Positions 56,896 to 64,000 of a stretch of 64,000 nucleotides of DNA are shown one piece after another. A program made the translations under genes and the position numbers. Position 1 is the stretch's first letter. Each line of letters begins with the position of its first letter. The notes beneath the pieces are model-generated. The model searched no databases, was not told the origin of the DNA, and saw only the letters and a list, made by a program, of their open reading frames with translations. This stretch comes from Nemertoderma westbladi (Eukaryota > Animalia > Xenacoelomorpha): positions 2,167 through 66,166 of the forward strand of contig JAUCBJ010008926.1 in assembly GCA_032718475.1 (NCBI GenBank). Direction: 5' to 3'.

Positions 56896-57354
56896 TTATA
56901 GGAATATAATCAATGCAGTACTCGTCTTCATTATAAGCCTCTTTGCGTTCGACCTGCTTTGTATTAAAATATATTTATTAAACGCAGGCTGACGCTCTTT
57001 ATAATAATAATACCTAGGGATGCCAGCTTCCAGACTTTCAATCTTTACTGCCACGCAAACCCCGCAGAGGAAGTTTTGGTTTGAGAGATCAAGCCCATCG
57101 GCAATTGGTGTTTCAATTTCGGTCCAGGAACTCTGACAATGGGAGCATTCAATCTTAGCTGTGGTCCATTCCCGTGGTTTCGGCTTCCTTTTCTTCGTCC
57201 CAATGACAGATTCTTCTGAAGACGTTCGATTCGCTTTCAGTTTATTGTTGGCGTTTGTGTTTTGAAGTTGTATTCGAGTGGACAGTCGCGCCGGTTTCGA
57301 GGTAACCATACCGACCTGTGATAAGCGTTGGTTTTGTTGAGTGCCGGTATTCAT
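56896..57354 (-). pseudogene. LINE ORF1-like fragment with partial PHD finger
   Basis: IECSHCQSSW...FLCGVC followed by a coiled-coil-like KIESLE; the central PHD residues appear deleted. Confidence 0.5.
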
Positions 57355-57595
57355 CTTCTCTCACCTCTTCAATGTCAGATGTTGCAAATACTGATAACAC
57401 GAATAACGGTATATATTTCAATACTTGTCAATAGTAATATATATAATTTAGATAACTATTTTATATCTGTACTGTTGAGCAAACTCTACATAAATTTCAA
57501 CCTGTGTATCGCCGGTAGTGCTGTTGCTGTGCAAGTGCTGAAGTGCTAGTTGCCACCGGTCACGCGGTCAGCCGGTACCGGTAGTAGGGTGGTAC

Positions 57596-59682
57596 CATGG
57601 CCTACTACACACAGGCCATGACAAGGACTTGCCGTGAAATTAGCGTAGGCTGACTGATGAATTATCAAATATTATATTTTCCACGAATGCAGGGTCCATA
57701 TTTAAAAGAAGATGACTAGATTTTCGTAAAGAATTTAATTGAAACAGTATTTAATAATTAATAAATTAATTATCGCTCGAGTTCCTGCAGCTTTTATTCG
57801 TTTGTGGCTGCCTCTGGCTATGTTTGTGGCAGGAATGTTTGAACGCTAATAAGTCGGTCAATCATGGATGAAATGGAACCAAACTTGGTACTCATGTAGT
57901 CTATAAAAAATTTAGAAATTCTACACACAGACAGACTTCTACAGTTCCCCGGTCTGCCGCTAGGGGGCGAATTAACAGAAACGTAAAAATAGCTGTAATT
58001 ATAGAACCAACGATCAGATTCATCTGAAATTTAGTAGTAGTTACCTAAGAGCATTGCTTAATTAGAAATTCTACAGAGACTTTTACAGTTCCTGTCTGCC
58101 GCTAGTGGGGAATTGTTAGAGCTCCAGTTCAACGTGCTTAGCACGGTTTAATAAACAATCAATTAATTATTTTATTCAATACAGTAATTATAACAGTAAA
58201 ATGCAATGTATTCTATTTTTTAGTGAAATCAAGAGGCAGGATGGGGGTGGGACTGGACGCAAATCCCATCTTGGCGAATTAATATCCCGCCTCAAGGTTA
58301 TCGTTCATATGCGTACCTCTGGCAAAAGAAGCAGGTTACAGTGGTGGTGTTTTCTAACCAAAACAATAAACTAATCTCCATTACTTAATTAACGGAAAGG
58401 AGCAGGTTACAGTGGTGGGCTTTTCTAACCAAAACAATAAACAATATCTCAATAACATAGGGTATTTCATACTTATAGTCTTATTTTTGCAATACGAAAA
58501 TACCAGAGGTATGCATATGAACTATAACTCGCCTCAATATTAATTTCTCAATTTTGGGAAAGGAGCAGGTTACAGTGGCACGTTATTTTAACCAAAACAA
58601 TAAAGTAAACACAATAGAACAGGTTACAGTTTTATTTTTGAGAGTAATCACCTGTTGTTATTTGCGTCCAATTTCCCCTGGAGAGGGATGAATTTTTATT
58701 GCGTCCAGTCCCCCCCCCCCCCCCCCCTATCTTGAAATCAAATACCAAAAATATATTTATTATATGAACAATCTATTTGGAAATTGTAAGTTCGGCCTAT
58801 ATCTTTACCATAAGCTCAGTATCTTTATCTGGTGTGTTTTTATTATTTTACCAATTATTTAATATGTTTGATAGAATTGAACAACACCGCCCAACACAAC
58901 CAACTCTCTATCCGCCTCGAGCATCGAGAATACGAGAAACTCGATCGAAATACCTGCTTATCCCAGTAGTATCCGTCCGTAGTCACCGGACCGCTGTGGT
59001 TTACTCCCGTAGAACAGTAGAATTCCCGCAGCTTCCGACCCAATTCGACAACGAATTCGCTTCACACTTTCGCGTCACAGAGAACGTAATCCAGTGCGAT
59101 AACGTCTGCCCAACGTTCAACCATTTCCCCCAGGCGATCCCAGGATCCGGGCCGCCGCTAAACCCAGATCGCAATCCTCGTCGATTCGTCCAGTCGTCGA
59201 CGTATGTCAGTAAGTGGGATTCTTCCCACCGCACTCCAAGGTGGGTGACCGGAGTGAGGCATGAGGAACTTGGCAGTGGCCCGCATTACGATCTGAACGA
59301 CCGCCGTATTCCCAGTGTCTGAGTGTAGTAAATACCCAAATATAATCGTACTGACAAACAAGCAATTCCGTAGTATTCCCCCGTTAATCACCTCTTGAAG
59401 CAACTCGGCTGCTCGAGTCCAGATACATCGGACTGTCGGGAGCGTTTCAGACAGTAATGGAGCGGCATTTGCGAATATTTCCAATGGTTTTATAATAAAT
59501 AAGGGGATTCAACAGTTCAATGCTAAAACAAATGGATTATTCCTAACCCCACCCCAATACAGCAATATACCTAACAGTATATAGCTTAGGTACCACAGTC
59601 TGACAGTACCATAATCAGCACAGTCAGCCTACGCTAATTTCACAGCAAAGTCCTTGTCATGGCCTGTGTGTAGTAGGCCATG
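57596..59682. mobile_element. Non-autonomous TIR transposon (P-like: CATG termini, 8-bp TSD)
   Basis: ~62-bp TIRs CATGGCCTACTACACACAGGCCATGACAAGGACTT...; TSD GGTGGTAC at 57588-57595 and 59683-59690. Confidence 0.9.
58243..58727. mobile_element. Nested MITE-like insert with internal AGCAGGTTACAGTGG repeats
   Basis: GGGACTGGACGCAA ... TTGCGTCCAGTCCC inverted ends; four internal direct repeats. Confidence 0.6.
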
Positions 59683-61522
59683 GGTGGTACCTACGGTACG
59701 CACTACAACGGCAGTACAGCAATACGGCTGTACGGTGTACCGTGCCAATGACTGAATGATTAGCGGTAACTATCTAAACTATTACTGTATTATATTATTA
59801 TTACCGGTGCCGGTACTGGGCTAATTAGGCCTAAACTATAATCACCGCAAGGGTTATTGCTGTTCGCGCTTTCAGACTTTTGGCAGTTTAACCCACCAAA
59901 TTAAGATGTCTTCTAGATATTAAATCAGTTTTTAGTCTATGACAAGTATTTGATTCACTACACTAGTCGAAACCAATCCGTGCGCGACCATTCACCCGCT
60001 GGAGATTCCCGGGAGATTGGGTTCGACGGTTTAATTTTATTGCTATGTAAGCCTAATGTATTATTCGACTGACAGTATTATATAATCTCTGACAATATTA
60101 TTCACCTTCGGGAATATTAACAGTTCCTTTAGGACGTGGCGCTTTATCTATATAAACAGAGTTATGACTTAAACTACTCACAACGATATGGCTTAATTAT
60201 AATTCACATATATGGCGCATTCTTTAGGAATTGCTTCTTTAACAGACTCGCTCATACGCAATGCTGCACAATACTGCACACTAATCTGCCAATCTTCACT
60301 GATTTTAGTCACATATAAAAGGAACACAGACTGACTCATGTAGGGTCTATCAAATAACATTAGATTCACTTCAAACCACTTTAACATAAGTCACAATCGT
60401 TATTGGTAACCTTTCTCTCTTACCTTAGGTATATCAAGAATATTGGGTATCGGGGTTATTTCTCGTTATTCCAATATAATAATTCATCAACCATATTATG
60501 AAGAACTGACAGTAAATAGCAGTATAACAATATAAAAGTATGCACAGGTTGTTTGATTAGGTATGATATGTCAGCAGTCCATATTGATCATCAGTCAGCA
60601 TGTATGCCGGTCCGCAGGTTAAAGGATATATGTCCTTGTAATTAAACCTACTAGTGTAAGACTAAAAACAGTAAAGCACAAAATACTTCCAAGCCGTTCT
60701 TTCTTTGGCTCAGGACTGAATGTAAACACTGCACAGTGCACATAGGCATTGCGTCATTTCTCGGAAATTTTCTGTACAAGGAGCCACAAAAACGCTCTAA
60801 TTGGCTGACTGAACTGAGAGACGCCGTAGAACAAAGGAAATCAACACGTATGAATGTCAGCTGTTAACCGTAGTCATAGTAACTACTGTTCAAGAGTAGC
60901 TATCACCCCTTTGCGTCACGAATTGCCATAGAATCATAAAATATGCCTTTCACAGTACACATACGGAGGAAATAGGTCTTAGATCCTCTAAAAACACCGA
61001 TACAGCAATAATACGGTCTCTTACACTTATTAAATCAACTACAGAGTATTTTAATGTAAAAGATAATAAAAATAACGGGGCAATTCAGCAAAGGCTTTTA
61101 CACCGCTACCAGAAAATGGGATTTTCAGTCTATAAAATATAAAAATCACAGTTTCTAAAACATAAAGATACTCTAAACAGTTAGTCTTTCTTGCGCGGAC
61201 GGCGTTTACGCAGTTTCTTAAGATTAACAAGAGTCCTTTTCTCTTTGGGGCGAGCCACTTTACGAGGAGGGCTGTAGCTCCTAGGCGAAGGGTGCAATAT
61301 AATTGCATCAGAGGGTGCAGGGTTACGATCGGTATACCCGCCGGTCGAAGTACCTGGTTGAGTAATATCAATCTCAGGGGAGTGAGGTCTAACGGCCTTT
61401 AGAGCGCGTCTCAAGACAGCAGCTCCTACGGGTCCTTGACGGATCGTCTGGACAATAGCGGTGGGTGGACCGTGAGTGGTGAGGAACTTTCTCGGTTTAA
61501 TGGTTCTCTCCAGCTCGCGTTC

Positions 61523-62032
61523 TCAGGTTCGGTATTCATATGGGCGCCGAGATACTTCCTGGAGTTCAGGATGCGAGTTCACGAAAATGTCGCCATACTC
61601 AGGGTCCGTACGGATAAAATTGATCAGGTGATATGTGGTTATATCATTAGGGTTAACGTTTCTAAGGTATTTCCTGACAAACTTGGTGGAAATACACTCA
61701 CCAACACGCTTCATTAACTCGTAACTTGGTACGCGTGTTTTCTGTTCAATCGACGCGAATAGATAAGGATGGAACGCGTAAACTCCCTCGTAAGCTCGTC
61801 CAGGGTAATAGCGATGTCTGGATTCGCAATGTAAATCTGCGTTCGCTTCCCAAGCTCGGATGTATCGCAGAGTGATCATCTCGTCTACGCTCTCTAAATC
61901 GCGATTAAAGGGACAATTGTAACTTTCGTGTCCTTTAAGTTGGCAGTAGTGACATTGAGTCATAAATTGTGGGCAGACGGCAAATATATGAGAGTTATTA
62001 AGCCGGCAATAAGCACAATATATTTCCATCAT
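61523..62032 (-). CDS. Orphan protein with two N-terminal CCHC zinc knuckles
   Basis: CAYCRLNNSHIFAVC and CHYCQLKGHESYNC (CX2CX4-5HX4C). Confidence 0.55.
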   Translation of the reverse strand: MMEIYCAYCRLNNSHIFAVCPQFMTQCHYCQLKGHESYNCPFNRDLESVDEMITLRYIRAWEANADLHCESRHRYYPGRAYEGVYAFHPYLFASIEQKTRVPSYELMKRVGECISTKFVRKYLRNVNPNDITTYHLINFIRTDPEYGDIFVNSHPELQEVSRRPYEYRT

Positions 62033-62230
62033 CGGTTGTTCGAGGAAATAGGAACAAGGTACGCTCGAGTCTAGAGGAGTGAAGTGGTCTCTCGATGCGC
62101 ATAATCGACAACGTTTTCGGGAAACGTAGTTGGCGTGTCGATAATCGTACGCTGTGAGACGTTGTGGACCTTGATACCACTCTATGACATAATCATTGTC
62201 ACTGCTCCGAGAAGCCGTAGGTTGAATCGC

Positions 62231-62956
62231 TTAGGATTCCAAGCATACTGGTTCATCCTCCAGCTGCATAGACGAAGTGGGTGCGTTGGTTTCCGTAAGT
62301 GGACCCACTGTCTGTATTTCCACGACAGAATAACCTGTAGGTATTCGGGGTCTTTGTATAACAGATGAATGTGAGTTCTGTATACAAACGTCTTGAAACA
62401 CGGCAAATCCAGCGCTACTCAGTTTCTCCGCAGCTGAGTCTCTAAGACTGAGCTTGGTCAGCGCGCGATCCTTGAACTGACTATCGACGTTACGGAACGG
62501 AGTCAGAAAGCGCCGGAAACATTCGAAACGTATGAACTTATTGTGTTCGTCTAACTTGGCGAGTTTAGTTCCAAGTATTAACGGGTGAGCGCGTATGGTA
62601 CGACTGCACACATCGGCTAGCCAACCAGCAAGTGCTGCGTTTTCAAAGATCGTGTATATAGCTAAGGAAGGGCGAAGGGGAACACTCATAAAGCTATATA
62701 CGGCACCAGGCGCAGTTAATGGTCCATCAAAATATAAACGAGAGTAATGATCTCCATATACTTGCTGGTAATTTATGGGATTTCCAACTTTGAAATTCCA
62801 ACCATATTCTTGAAAGGCAAGATGTCCGATGGATGTCCGTTGTACTTTAGTAATGCCGCTGGGTGTATTGGCATACATAGTGCGAAAGAAACCTCGGCCT
62901 TCGGCCCAAGGAGCAATCAGCTGAGTATCAACGAAAGGGTATGGAATGTTCTCCAT
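62231..62956 (-). CDS. Orphan 241-aa ORF in a compact minus-strand cluster
   Basis: Long ATG-initiated intronless ORF in locally GC-richer DNA; no family recognised. Confidence 0.45.
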   Translation of the reverse strand: MENIPYPFVDTQLIAPWAEGRGFFRTMYANTPSGITKVQRTSIGHLAFQEYGWNFKVGNPINYQQVYGDHYSRLYFDGPLTAPGAVYSFMSVPLRPSLAIYTIFENAALAGWLADVCSRTIRAHPLILGTKLAKLDEHNKFIRFECFRRFLTPFRNVDSQFKDRALTKLSLRDSAAEKLSSAGFAVFQDVCIQNSHSSVIQRPRIPTGYSVVEIQTVGPLTETNAPTSSMQLEDEPVCLES

Positions 62957-64000
62957 ATTCCTGTTGTATGCCTAATATGTCTTCCATTGATGGTAGAGAA
63001 CAGGGGAAGACCTATGTCGTATTCAGAAGTATTCCGAAATACGATCTCAGTAGGAGGATTGTTACATTCGAGGACTATCTCCAACTGAATTTATCCCCAG
63101 TGCGAGGAGGTAAACACCAGTTCAAAGATATGTTTGACTCAGTGGTTCTACATAAGATTTATATCCCCAATCATTAAGGGAGGTGAACAACCAGATTTAT
63201 GACACATAATGGTACCAGTTGTTCACAAACTATCCGCGTGTCCTTTCAGTCCTTGTTTCACGGTTGTGGACTTGAGGAAATTAGGAAGTGGTTGATTATC
63301 TAATCAAGAACGAGAGGGTGGAAGTTGATATCATAAATATCAACAGAATATGACATGGACAGGAGGTGCGGACACCAATGTTAGCATCCAGATGAACAGT
63401 AAGGGCTGGGAGGTTTAGTATTCGTTTCCCGAAGCTCCGAGCGCGTTGGGAAGAGAAGGTGAGGAGATTTATTAGGATGAGGTATGATCCATACCACGAT
63501 ACCACTATGATTGGTCGATCGATGAAGGGAGTAAAGAGGAGGAAGGATATAGGGTAGTATCCATAAGACACCACAATGGACAAGTTTTCCATCACGTCAT
63601 CATTCATTCTTGTCTTTTAATTGTGACACTGATCACAATAATTACAGGAAAACGATGAAGGAAGAGAAATTTACAGCCTCCCGAAGGAGACCGCCCGCGA
63701 GCACCCGTGCCCCGGGGAAAACTATTCACATTATGGACCCTGGACATTAACATGTCTCTTCTCCAGTGGTTCGCCTATATTTGTCTTTACAAGCCTTCTT
63801 CCACGTTCTTTCTTTCGAGCTGATTTCGAATAGAGTTCTCGTGTTCTATTCTCGATTTATCGTTTCGACTCCGCTGGGTATGATATTTAAATAAAACCAT
63901 TTCCCTTTCGGTGTCTACATCGTCCGTATCGTGTAAATCAATAGGATGACCAGTGGTCAAGAAGTCCATATACGTACCATTACGATGCGTGTAGCGAGCA

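Noticed and set aside
60193-60387. Possible upstream exon of the PGAP4-like gene
   Set aside because: No convincing motif or phase-compatible donor could be established by eye.

Overview
AT-rich invertebrate animal genomic DNA (spliceosomal introns, LINE/LTR/DNA-transposon debris; no prokaryotic features). The left ~16 kb is a decayed Polinton/adintovirus-like insert: a broken protein-primed DNA polymerase B gene with a TBP-like gene right behind it, a double-palindromic 22-bp array and an array of tRNA-T-arm-like hairpins. A complete Mag-type Ty3/Gypsy LTR element (186-bp LTRs, 5-bp TSD) has jumped into it. 17-33 kb is nested LINE fragments and non-autonomous repeats. The most striking element is at 30855-32673: 4.4 near-identical 412-bp units, each carrying a tRNA-derived Pol III promoter fused directly to a minimal type I hammerhead ribozyme and clamped by a ~25-bp inverted repeat. 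The whole multimer is flanked by a 16-bp target-site duplication whose empty site survives in a paralogous repeat at ~38.8 kb, consistent with a tRNA-headed retrozyme inserted by rolling reverse transcription of a circular RNA. The right half holds a + strand SAXO/FAM154-like ciliary gene with two duplicated first exons, TRMT11 nested antisense in its intron, an intronless HSP10, a PGAP4-like exon, a P-like non-autonomous transposon with cargo and an orphan ORF cluster at the window end. All protein calls are from motif recognition by eye, not database searches.
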